In this document: positions 38,748 to 47,896 of the stretch, piece after piece
Layout of the letters: each line of letters starts with the position of its first letter
Position numbering within the stretch: position 1 is the stretch's first letter
IMG/VR virus record: IMGVR_UViG_3300020472_000012
Coordinates: 50,374-114,373 of that record
Source: a virus
DNA length: 64,000 nucleotides
Direction: 5' to 3' (one strand)
Made by a program: the position numbers and the translations under genes
Notes under the pieces: model-generated
Databases searched by the model: none
Told to the model about the DNA's origin: nothing
Seen by the model: the letters and a program-made list of their open reading frames with translations, nothing else

Positions 38748-40897
38748 CATTTCAAAATTTTCAAGAAGACCTCAATAGTCTAGGACACAACAAACCACTT
38801 CCGCCTAAAAAACAAAAAAGGTTGGAGAGTGATAAGGGTGCATTTAAAGACTTTGAAATAGAAGAGTGGAAATCAAGACCATTCCCTAAAAACGATAGTG
38901 AAGAAGCAAGAAAAGAACTCTTGATTCTGCAATCTATGGTTGCAGATAGAGACATGGAAGTTGCACAAGAGTTCATGTTAGAGGTAGATAAGAAGATAAA
39001 GTTACCATTTAAAAGGTATTTTAAGAAGAACGACCTAGACCTAAGACTCATCGACCAAGCTAAAAAACTCGTAGATAACTCTTCTCCAATCATTTTAGAA
39101 CTAAAACTACACTATAATAGAGTTAGACCATACAAACTTGCATCTAGAATGAACTTTGAAAGACAACTTGCATTCACAATTGTTCCTTTAAAAACTGCAA
39201 ACTCTCCATCATATCCATCTGGTCATGCAACACAAGGTAGACTCATGGCAAGATATCTTGCAGATAATGTTCCTATGAGACATCGGATGGAAATTATGAA
39301 GATAGGAGATTATGTTGGGCAGTCTAGAATGTTAGGTGGTGTTCACTATCCATCAGATACAGAATTTGGTCAAGAATTAGGGGATGCACTTTTTAAACAT
39401 TTAACCCTTGACAAAGAAGTCTCAGAAAGTATAATATCAATTAATGATATTATATTGGAGGCAAAAATGAAAAAAGACGATTTATTTAAAAGAAAGAACA
39501 AATCTATTTTTATTGATAAAGCAGAACGAGGTGATTTACTGGATACAGATGGTAACAAATTATCAGTAAAGGATAAGACCCAATGGTCAGAACTAAAAAA
39601 AGAATTACTGTCTGCATCGGATAAAGGTGAACTTCCCAACTGGACACCAAAAAATGTTAAGAGTACATTTGGTGTTTCTTTAGGTGGAATAGAAAAAACT
39701 GGTAATGGTATGGGAAGAGGTTCTTCTGGAAATCCAACTGGTGAAGACTGGGAAGCTGGTATTGCAGTTGCTCTATACTACAACGACAATGATGGGGAAC
39801 TACCAGTTGACTCACCAGAGTGGGAAAGGTTTGGAAAGTATTGGAGTGATTGGTCAGAACAAGCAATCAAGACTGCACAACAATTTTCATCTAAATTAAA
39901 AGTAAACGAACTTGAACAAACTGGTGCAATGAAAGTTAAAGGATTAAGTAAAGAGTGGAAAGGTACTAACACAACACCTAAAACAGATTTAATGAGTGGT
40001 GCTAAAAGAATCTCATTAAAGAAATCTGGTGGTTCACAATTATTATCTGCTGGTAAAGACGAAGCAATTTCTACAGTAGAAGCTGCAATGAGAAGGTATT
40101 CTACATCAAAAGTTGGACAAACAAAGATTGATACATTGTTAGATAATTTAGAAGAAAAGATGATAAAACTATCTACCAGTGATACCATTAGTTCAATTAC
40201 AGATTTGAAAGACAAGTCAACATTAACACCACAAGACAAGAAGAAGATTGCAGAATATGAATTGGGTGATAAGTTTGCAAAAGAATTAACTAGTGAAATG
40301 GAAACTTTATTTAATAGTGAACAGAAAATGAAGGATTATTTTTGTTGGGAAGCTGCAACTGGAGAAAGTAAGTTCGGTAAGGATACATGGCCGACTGCAA
40401 ATGAAATGGTAACCTTTAAAGAGGCTGGTGGTATTGCAGACCATCTTCCATTGTATGATGCAGATAAAGCAGGTGCTAAACTTGCAAAAGGAAATGATTT
40501 CTATGTATCATTTAAGAGTTCATCTGGTTCACCACCATATCTTTCATTAAGAAGTAAGAAAGTAAGATTAAAGAATAGTTATGAACCAACCTTTGCAGAT
40601 ATCATTCAAGAAGAGTGTGGAAAAGATAGAATTGGAATGAAAGTATTGCATGAGAGTAAAGTAGAAGACCTTAATGAGTTCCAGATATTAAACAAATTAT
40701 GGAACAAAACTAAAGCAGTTGCAAAATCTGTTGCAGATGGTGCTAAGAAGGTATTGGCTGCAATTCACAAAAGATTAAACGCTGCATTTAATTGGATTAA
40801 GAAACAAGGTAGAAGATTACTAGATGCAGTTCTAAGTTTCTTCGGATTAGATATTAAAACTGTTAAGGTTAAGAGTGGTGGAAAATATCCATTATGA
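38741..40897 (+). CDS. PAP2-family phosphatase domain fused to a large unknown domain; putative internal head protein
   Basis: K...R.RP, PSYPSGH, SR..GGVHYPSD; N-terminal MQTFQNFQE. Confidence 0.8.
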   Translation: MQTFQNFQEDLNSLGHNKPLPPKKQKRLESDKGAFKDFEIEEWKSRPFPKNDSEEARKELLILQSMVADRDMEVAQEFMLEVDKKIKLPFKRYFKKNDLDLRLIDQAKKLVDNSSPIILELKLHYNRVRPYKLASRMNFERQLAFTIVPLKTANSPSYPSGHATQGRLMARYLADNVPMRHRMEIMKIGDYVGQSRMLGGVHYPSDTEFGQELGDALFKHLTLDKEVSESIISINDIILEAKMKKDDLFKRKNKSIFIDKAERGDLLDTDGNKLSVKDKTQWSELKKELLSASDKGELPNWTPKNVKSTFGVSLGGIEKTGNGMGRGSSGNPTGEDWEAGIAVALYYNDNDGELPVDSPEWERFGKYWSDWSEQAIKTAQQFSSKLKVNELEQTGAMKVKGLSKEWKGTNTTPKTDLMSGAKRISLKKSGGSQLLSAGKDEAISTVEAAMRRYSTSKVGQTKIDTLLDNLEEKMIKLSTSDTISSITDLKDKSTLTPQDKKKIAEYELGDKFAKELTSEMETLFNSEQKMKDYFCWEAATGESKFGKDTWPTANEMVTFKEAGGIADHLPLYDADKAGAKLAKGNDFYVSFKSSSGSPPYLSLRSKKVRLKNSYEPTFADIIQEECGKDRIGMKVLHESKVEDLNEFQILNKLWNKTKAVAKSVADGAKKVLAAIHKRLNAAFNWIKKQGRRLLDAVLSFFGLDIKTVKVKSGGKYPL

Positions 40898-41334
40898 AGA
40901 ACTTTAAATCGTACATAACAGAAGCTGCAAAGAGTCCAAACTGGTACAAAAGTTTACACAGGGCTCAGAAAGGTATTTTCTATAGAGGTGAAAACCCAAA
41001 GACTAGAACTTCTGGTGCTGGATTAGGTGCATTAGGAACTGGAATCTATCTTACTTGGGAAGAAGGTATGGCAGGTGCATATGCAAAACTTTCTAACAAG
41101 GGTGTAGTTGTAAAGTTTAAAGTACCAGCTAATCTAAAGATTGCAGATGCACAAGGTAAAGACATGGAAACTGCAAAGAAGAAAATGGGTATAGATGGAT
41201 ATTCTGCTGACCCTATGTATGCAAAAGCATTGACTTTTGAATTAAAGAATTTAGGATATGATGGTGTAGTCAGTGATAAATCAGTTGAAGGGTTAGTAAT
41301 TTTTGACCCAAAAAAAGTAAAGAAGGTGAAATAA
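40894..41334 (+). CDS. ART-PolyVal-like ADP-ribosyltransferase-fold protein; putative internal head protein
   Basis: FYRG...G.GIYLT...A.AYA...GYDGV...E.LVIFDP; N-terminal MKNFKSYITE. Confidence 0.6.
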   Translation: MKNFKSYITEAAKSPNWYKSLHRAQKGIFYRGENPKTRTSGAGLGALGTGIYLTWEEGMAGAYAKLSNKGVVVKFKVPANLKIADAQGKDMETAKKKMGIDGYSADPMYAKALTFELKNLGYDGVVSDKSVEGLVIFDPKKVKKVK

Positions 41335-42069
41335 ATGCCAGCAATAAAAAGAAAAGGGTTTTTGAGATTTATAACAGAAGGTAAAGGTGGTGCAGCTGCT
41401 GGTAAGTTAGAACTCATAAAAACAAGTTTTGTAAAAGCAAAACAGTATGTAGAAAAGAAATATCCAGATTTTGATATAGAAAAGGAAATACCTAACTTCC
41501 AAAAGAACTATGAGTATGCACAGAAACTTGCAAGGGGTGGTTTTGCACAAAGAAAAGATATGCCTGTAATAGATAACAGAGACATTAAACTACTTCAAAA
41601 AAGATTAAAGAAAGGTGCAATTGACATTGCAAGACCTTTTGCAGATAACGAAGTTCCAGATGACCCATTCCCTCAAGGACTAGATAAGACAACAGGAAAG
41701 AAATGGGCAACTCATGGTCTTTCAAAATATGATGGTGATGCAAAAGATGATATTGTTGATGTTAAAATTAAAAGTGTTGCAGTTGGTAATTTAAAACCTA
41801 TTCAAAGTCAAATCTATTTTGATAAGTCAATTAAAAATGTTGCATCATTTGGGGCTCAAGGAACTAAAGATTTTTCTGCATCAAAGAGTAATTTTTATGT
41901 TATATCATCGGATAACAGAATTATAGATGGTCATCACAGATTCTTATCTGCTGTATTAGTTGACCCTAAGATGAAAGTAACTGCACTTGAGATAGATTTA
42001 CCAATTAAAGATTTATTACCATTGACACTTTCGTACACTGATGCAATAGGAAATACTAGGAATAAGTAA
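41335..42069 (+). CDS. ParB/Srx-like domain protein
   Basis: LKPIQSQI...ISSDNRIIDGHHR. Confidence 0.7.
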   Translation: MPAIKRKGFLRFITEGKGGAAAGKLELIKTSFVKAKQYVEKKYPDFDIEKEIPNFQKNYEYAQKLARGGFAQRKDMPVIDNRDIKLLQKRLKKGAIDIARPFADNEVPDDPFPQGLDKTTGKKWATHGLSKYDGDAKDDIVDVKIKSVAVGNLKPIQSQIYFDKSIKNVASFGAQGTKDFSASKSNFYVISSDNRIIDGHHRFLSAVLVDPKMKVTALEIDLPIKDLLPLTLSYTDAIGNTRNK

Positions 42070-42413
42070 TGGCTAAATTAACTTTCAAAGAACATATAGA
42101 TTACGAAAACGATTGTGAATGTTTTGACCATACTATTACAGAGTCAGAATATCAAGGCAAAAAGGTTAAACTAAATGACCCTATCAGAACATCAGAGAAC
42201 CCTAATAAGAAGTTCAAAGTATATGTTAAAAATGAGTCTGGTAAAGTTGTTGTAGTTAGATTTGGAGACCCAAAGATGTCAATCAAAAGAGATAGTGATG
42301 AAAGAAGAAAATCTTTCAGAGCAAGACACGATTGTGCAAATCCAGGCCCTAAATGGAAAGCAAGATACTGGTCATGCTACCAGTGGAGAGCAAGTGCAAA
42401 GGTAGATAACTAA
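42069..42413 (+). CDS. Conserved basic phage protein
   Basis: KKFKVYV...FGD...RRKSFRARH.C...ARYWSC. Confidence 0.75.
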   Translation: MAKLTFKEHIDYENDCECFDHTITESEYQGKKVKLNDPIRTSENPNKKFKVYVKNESGKVVVVRFGDPKMSIKRDSDERRKSFRARHDCANPGPKWKARYWSCYQWRASAKVDN

Positions 42414-43627
42414 TGGCTGCAAAGAATTTACATCTGGAACATATCGAAGACGAGATATTTAACACTGGAGTTGAAGGTGGTAGAGGTTCAATAAACTTTA
42501 TACTATCTCTTAGCAAAATGTTATCATCTGGCACGAAGAGTGCAACCAATGTCACAGTAAAATGGGATGGAGCACCAGCAATCTTTTGTGGTGAACATCC
42601 AGAGACAGGTGAATTTGTAGTTGCAAAGAAAAGTATATTTGCAAAGAAACAAGAATACTACACAACACATGCAGAGATAGATGATAAACTTTCTGGAGAC
42701 CTTGCAACTAAATTTCATGTATGTTTAGATTACTTACCAAACCTTAATATTAAAGGTAAGATACTACAAGGTGATTTGATGTACACTAAAGATGATTTAA
42801 AGAAACAGAAGATAAACAAAGAAGATTACTGGACATTCCAACCAAATACAATTCTATATGCAGTACCTTCTGCATCTACACTTGCAAGAACGATGAAGAA
42901 AGCAAAATTAGGAATAGTGTTTCATACCACATACACAGGTGGCACTTTAGATGATATGAGTGCATCCTTTGGTGCAGACTTATCTGGATTAACTAAAACA
43001 AAAGATATATGGATGGATGATGCAGAATACAACGATGTATCTGGAACTGCAACATTTACTCAGAAAGATAGTGCAGAGATAATCAGATTGATGTCCAGAA
43101 CAGGTAAAGTTTTTTCTAAAATTAAATCTACACAGCTCAACAAATTCTTGGAATATCAGCGAGCAATGGAACAAGGGGCTACATATAAGACATATCATAA
43201 CAGTAAAGTGAGAGAAGGTAGTAACTTGTTAAAGTTAAACTACAAGAAACATGCAGAAGGTTACTATAAGTTTGCAGAAACGAAACTACAAGTTGCAGTC
43301 GATAAAATGAAGTCTGAGAAAGGTAAAAAAATTAAACAAAAAAATATGAATACATACTTAACGAGTATTAGAAAAGATAAAGTTATGTTACAAAATCTTG
43401 TAGAGTTCCAAGCATTAATTAACTATGCAAAAACTAAGATACTTTATAAAGTAAATAAAGCAAAACAACTTACATCTACATTTGTTAAAACAGACAATGG
43501 ATTTGATGTTGTTGCACCAGAAGGATTTGTTGCAATTGATAACAACTTAGGTGGTGCAGTGAAACTGGTCGATAGAATGGAATTCAGTTTCAATAATTTC
43601 ACTGCTGCAAAAGCATGGGATAAATAA
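42413..43627 (+). CDS. Conserved T4-like protein with ligase/nucleotidyltransferase-like motifs
   Basis: KNLHLEHIED, TVKWDGAP, QGDLMY, PEGFV, VKLVDR. Confidence 0.7.
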   Translation: MAAKNLHLEHIEDEIFNTGVEGGRGSINFILSLSKMLSSGTKSATNVTVKWDGAPAIFCGEHPETGEFVVAKKSIFAKKQEYYTTHAEIDDKLSGDLATKFHVCLDYLPNLNIKGKILQGDLMYTKDDLKKQKINKEDYWTFQPNTILYAVPSASTLARTMKKAKLGIVFHTTYTGGTLDDMSASFGADLSGLTKTKDIWMDDAEYNDVSGTATFTQKDSAEIIRLMSRTGKVFSKIKSTQLNKFLEYQRAMEQGATYKTYHNSKVREGSNLLKLNYKKHAEGYYKFAETKLQVAVDKMKSEKGKKIKQKNMNTYLTSIRKDKVMLQNLVEFQALINYAKTKILYKVNKAKQLTSTFVKTDNGFDVVAPEGFVAIDNNLGGAVKLVDRMEFSFNNFTAAKAWDK

Positions 43628-43643
43628 ATTATGAGGATATATT

Positions 43644-44801
43644 ATGAACAATGGGGATTCTTCCTTATCTGAATATAGTAAATTTAGAACTATTACTGGT
43701 GAAAAAAGATTCACAGACATAGAAAACATTCAATGGTCTGGTAGAACTGTATGGGAATACCAACATCCAACATTCGTTTCTCATTCGAGAAAAGCATTTT
43801 TAATTGCACCTAGAAAGACTGGTCATTCAACACTAAGATTTGCACTTGCAGAAGCAAATGAAAAATATGGTGATGATTGGGTCTGGTTAGAAGGTGGAAA
43901 TAGACATCCAAAAAACTGGTTAAACGATGACGACTTCTGGGAGTTTGCATGGGAAACTCATTATACAGACCCAGAAGAAGATAAACTTGCAAGTAATGTT
44001 ACACTAATGCCAGATGATGAGCATGAACTTAGGATTGTAGATAAACATTTTGCTTATAAAAAAGATACACTATACTCATATTCAGATAAAGCTGGTGATG
44101 ATTTTTTAGGTAATGCAGTAGGAGTTTGGAAAAAGAAATATCCTATGGAAAAACATTTAACTAGTTGGTCTCCTTTTATAATGTCAGAATACTTTAAAGA
44201 TTGGAAAGTTTATGTAATAATTAGAGAGCCTTGGGATAGATTTATATCTGGACTTATAACAGAATTAGATAATGGATTATATACGCCATGGTTTACTGAT
44301 TATCAACACACATCAAAAGAATTGTGGGAAGAATCTTATATAAGAATGAAAAGATTATTGTTATGGAATGATGCAGAAAACATTCTATATGGAACTCGAA
44401 ATGGCCCCCAAACAGACCATACACTTATATTAAGTGCTTGGAAATGGGATGGATGGAGTATGTTTGATAGAGCAGACCATTTTATACCATGTATTCCACA
44501 AATAGATTGGGAAATGAGGGATGGTGATTGGTCATTTGTTATGGACAAAATAAGAGATACAGGTTCTACATTTATCAATAAACTAAAAGAATGTGATATA
44601 ATTCCAGAGGAAATTGAAGATGGTAGAGATGCTGTACCAGCAGATTGGCAATTTACTAATTTATCTCCACCAAATAGAAGACACATTCTAACAGAGGCAA
44701 CTACAAACGATGAAGACTTAAAACCTTTCTTTGATAGATGTAAAGAAATAGTCAAAGAAGACCAAGATATCATAAAAAAACAGGAAGTTAAGTTTTTATA
44801 A
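43644..44801 (+). CDS. Sulfotransferase-like protein
   Basis: PRKTGHST (5'-PSB-like) and IIREPWDRFISG (3'-PB-like). Confidence 0.55.
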   Translation: MNNGDSSLSEYSKFRTITGEKRFTDIENIQWSGRTVWEYQHPTFVSHSRKAFLIAPRKTGHSTLRFALAEANEKYGDDWVWLEGGNRHPKNWLNDDDFWEFAWETHYTDPEEDKLASNVTLMPDDEHELRIVDKHFAYKKDTLYSYSDKAGDDFLGNAVGVWKKKYPMEKHLTSWSPFIMSEYFKDWKVYVIIREPWDRFISGLITELDNGLYTPWFTDYQHTSKELWEESYIRMKRLLLWNDAENILYGTRNGPQTDHTLILSAWKWDGWSMFDRADHFIPCIPQIDWEMRDGDWSFVMDKIRDTGSTFINKLKECDIIPEEIEDGRDAVPADWQFTNLSPPNRRHILTEATTNDEDLKPFFDRCKEIVKEDQDIIKKQEVKFL

Positions 44802-44817
44802 ATCATAAATACTGGAT

Positions 44818-45474
44818 ATGAAGACCTTTAAAGATATTGCAGAAATAAATTCCCAAACAGCAGTCTTTGCATTTGGTAGGTTTAATCCACCAACAGTTGG
44901 ACATCTTAAACTTGCAACTAGAGTTCAAAAGATTTCTGGTTCGGATGATGCATTTATTTTTACAGGTTTTACACAAGACCCTAAGAAAAATCCATTACCT
45001 TATAAAGATAAGATAAAATTTATGAGACTAATGTTTAAACCAACTAAAGTTACAGTAAAGGATACTAATGCAAGAACAGTATTTGATGTAGTAGTTGATT
45101 TATATAATGATGGATATAGAAGTATTAAAATGGTTGCTGGGTCTGATAGAATTAGGGAGTTTGAAAACCTTTTAACAAAGTACAACAAAGTGAAAGGTAG
45201 ACATGGATTCTACAACTTTAAATCTATTGAGATTGTATCTGCTGGGGAGAGAGACCCAGATGCAGAAGGAATTGAAGGTATGAGTGCATCTAAGATGAGA
45301 GCACTTGCAGCTAATGGTGATGAAAAGACTTTTGTTAAATCATTACCAAAAGGATTCAGACAGGGTAAACAACTATACAAGGCAGTAAGAAAAGGTATGG
45401 GTCTTAAAGAACATTGGGACTTTTTACCATCTTATATGAGAGAAGATGTTGGAAGAGAAATACGAATTACTTAG
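44818..45474 (+). CDS. HIGH-class cytidylyl/nucleotidyltransferase
   Basis: FGRFNPPTVGH, KNPL, AGSDR, MSASKMR; N-terminal MKTFKDIAE. Confidence 0.85.
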   Translation: MKTFKDIAEINSQTAVFAFGRFNPPTVGHLKLATRVQKISGSDDAFIFTGFTQDPKKNPLPYKDKIKFMRLMFKPTKVTVKDTNARTVFDVVVDLYNDGYRSIKMVAGSDRIREFENLLTKYNKVKGRHGFYNFKSIEIVSAGERDPDAEGIEGMSASKMRALAANGDEKTFVKSLPKGFRQGKQLYKAVRKGMGLKEHWDFLPSYMREDVGREIRIT

Positions 45475-47305
45475 TGAAGGTATCAACGATGTTGGTATCT
45501 TTAAAGCAGTCTTCATGGCAGGTGGGCCAGGAAGTGGTAAGTCTTATGTTGCAAATAAGTTAGGACTTAAAGCACTTGGACTGAGACCAGTTAACTCAGA
45601 TGATTTCTTCGAGGCTGGATTAAAGAAAGCAGGACTTTCTCTTAAAATGCCAGAAGATGAAGAAGAGTCAAGAGAAGCAGTAAGAATTCATGCAAAAGCA
45701 TTAACTGCTAAACGACAAGATTTATATGTTAGAGGTCGTTTAGGGTTAATTATAGATTCTACTGCAAGAGATGTTAAGAAGATAATGATTCAAAACAAAC
45801 TCTTAAAATCACTGGGTTATGAAACTTCAATGGTTTTTGTTAATACTACATTGGAAACTGCACTAGAACGAAATGCAAATAGAAATAGGTCTATTCCAGA
45901 GAAAGTAGTTAAGTCTAATCATGCAGAAGTAAGAAAAAGTTTAGGTAAACTACAAGGTCATTTTGGAAGAGGTGGTTTTATCATTATTGATAACGATGGT
46001 GATAACAAAGATTTAGAAAATAACACTCGTAAAATCTATCCAAGACTTAAAAAGTTTGTAACTACCCTACCAAAGAATAAGATGGTTGATTCATGGGTAA
46101 GAGCATTTACCATGAAACCTGCTGAGATAGAAAGAGAAGAAGAACCAGTTATTCCAAGAAGACGAATACGAAGTGACATGTTTGATACAGGTGGAGCATC
46201 AATGAGAGAGGGACTAATGACATTTAAAGAACAGCAAGAACTTCAAGAGGTACAAAAGAAAGAAGTTGATGCAATGAAAAAACTTTCTAAGGATATGCAA
46301 AAGGTCTTAGTATCTTATCAAAAGATTGTAAAAATGGGTGATAAAGAACTCACGAATACACAACACAATCCTACATGGAAAAGTATTATAGATGCTCGTG
46401 ATAAAATAGTTACAATGATTGGAACTTTGAATAACAAAATGAGAATGGAAGAAATAATACCTTCATTGAATGAAGTTTCTTTCGATTCATTAAGTCCAGC
46501 ACATAAAGTTCAAATGTACAAACTCCTTAGTAAAGGTATGGACTTACCTTATGGTTCACCAGCATTCAAAAAGAACAAAGCAGAACTAGATAAACTTCGT
46601 AAGAAACTCAAACTAGACGAAGGTGAAAATGTCGATAGAGTAAAAGATAAACAAGAAAGAGAGAAAGAAACACTTGCACAAAGACATGCAGATGAAATGG
46701 ATGATGCAAAAGAAAAAGACTTTAAAGATGCACAAGATGAAAAGAAAAGAGAAAGAATGAGAGACGAAGCATCTGATGAAGTTAATGCAACCAAAGAAAA
46801 GATTTATAAAGACCTTAAGAAGAAAAGAAAATACTTTGAGAAAGAGTATGGTAAAGATAAGGCAGATGATGTCATGCATGGTACAGCAATGAACATGGCA
46901 AAGAAACAACATAAAGTATCAGAAGGTAAATTTAAAACAGAATTATCCAAACAATTTGCACTAGAAGCACTCTCTATGCAACAAAGAAGAGCAATTGCAA
47001 TGAGAATGAGACGACAAGCTCAGAAGATTGCAAGAAAGAGAATGAGAAATAAGAAAAGAATGAAGTCTCAAGACCAACTTCTTAAGAAAGCACAAAAGAT
47101 GGCAAGAGATACACTTGCAAAGAAGATGACTGGTGGTAAGTCACTATCAACTCTTTCAATAGGTGCTAGAATTGCAATTGCAAAGAAATTAGATAAGAAA
47201 AAGTCTGCAATAACCAGACTTGCAAAGAAAATGTTACCAAAAGTCAAAAAAGGGGAAGTCGAAAGACTTAAGAAATTTAGAGCTCAACAGAGTGATAAGA
47301 AATAG
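45446..47305 (+). CDS. P-loop kinase (zeta toxin/PNK-like) fused to basic/coiled-coil domains
   Basis: AGGPGSGKS, NSDD, LIIDST, ALERN..R.R. Confidence 0.75.
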   Translation: MLEEKYELLSEGINDVGIFKAVFMAGGPGSGKSYVANKLGLKALGLRPVNSDDFFEAGLKKAGLSLKMPEDEEESREAVRIHAKALTAKRQDLYVRGRLGLIIDSTARDVKKIMIQNKLLKSLGYETSMVFVNTTLETALERNANRNRSIPEKVVKSNHAEVRKSLGKLQGHFGRGGFIIIDNDGDNKDLENNTRKIYPRLKKFVTTLPKNKMVDSWVRAFTMKPAEIEREEEPVIPRRRIRSDMFDTGGASMREGLMTFKEQQELQEVQKKEVDAMKKLSKDMQKVLVSYQKIVKMGDKELTNTQHNPTWKSIIDARDKIVTMIGTLNNKMRMEEIIPSLNEVSFDSLSPAHKVQMYKLLSKGMDLPYGSPAFKKNKAELDKLRKKLKLDEGENVDRVKDKQEREKETLAQRHADEMDDAKEKDFKDAQDEKKRERMRDEASDEVNATKEKIYKDLKKKRKYFEKEYGKDKADDVMHGTAMNMAKKQHKVSEGKFKTELSKQFALEALSMQQRRAIAMRMRRQAQKIARKRMRNKKRMKSQDQLLKKAQKMARDTLAKKMTGGKSLSTLSIGARIAIAKKLDKKKSAITRLAKKMLPKVKKGEVERLKKFRAQQSDKK

Positions 47306-47318
47306 AGTTTATTATTTG

Positions 47319-47326
47319 TATAAATA
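47319..47326 (+). promoter_or_regulatory. T4-type late promoter
   Basis: TATAAATA. Confidence 0.7.
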
Positions 47327-47357
47327 CATATGATAACAAATTAAACAGGGTAGAATT

Positions 47358-47894
47358 ATGTCAGATATTAAAGATAGAATGAAGTTCCAATCTACTGCTG
47401 ATGATGTAACCAGAAGTGTTGCCGACACAGTAGCTGAGGTTCTTGCCAATTCAAAACCAGCACAATCTAGATATGACCGCCAAGCAGAATTGATGAATTA
47501 TCCATTACAGGATAAACCAGAAGTTGCTGATGCAGTTAAAACAGAAGGTGCTAAGATTGAAGAACTTAAGAAAGATGTTGAAAAACTCTTCAATACAGAA
47601 GACAACACCAACGATAAATCAGATGATGGTGATGGTCTAGATAAAGTTCAACCTAAGGCAGTAAAGAAAAAATTTAAGAATCGTAAGGACAAAGACATCG
47701 ATAACGATGGTGATGTAGATGATTCTGATAAATTCTTGCACAAGAAAAGGAAAGCAATTTCCAAAGCAGTCAAGAAAGAAGAAGGTTCTTTAAAAGTAGA
47801 TGGAAGAAATAAAACTTTCAAAGAGAAACTTCGTGCATTAGGTTATGTGAAAGAGAAATCTCTAATTTACAATAACAAAAAATCTGGGAAGTAG
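47358..47894 (+). CDS. Putative internal virion protein with DxDNDGD motif
   Basis: DKDIDNDGDVDDSD..L..KRKAISKA. Confidence 0.65.
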   Translation: MSDIKDRMKFQSTADDVTRSVADTVAEVLANSKPAQSRYDRQAELMNYPLQDKPEVADAVKTEGAKIEELKKDVEKLFNTEDNTNDKSDDGDGLDKVQPKAVKKKFKNRKDKDIDNDGDVDDSDKFLHKKRKAISKAVKKEEGSLKVDGRNKTFKEKLRALGYVKEKSLIYNNKKSGK

Positions 47895-47896
47895 AT

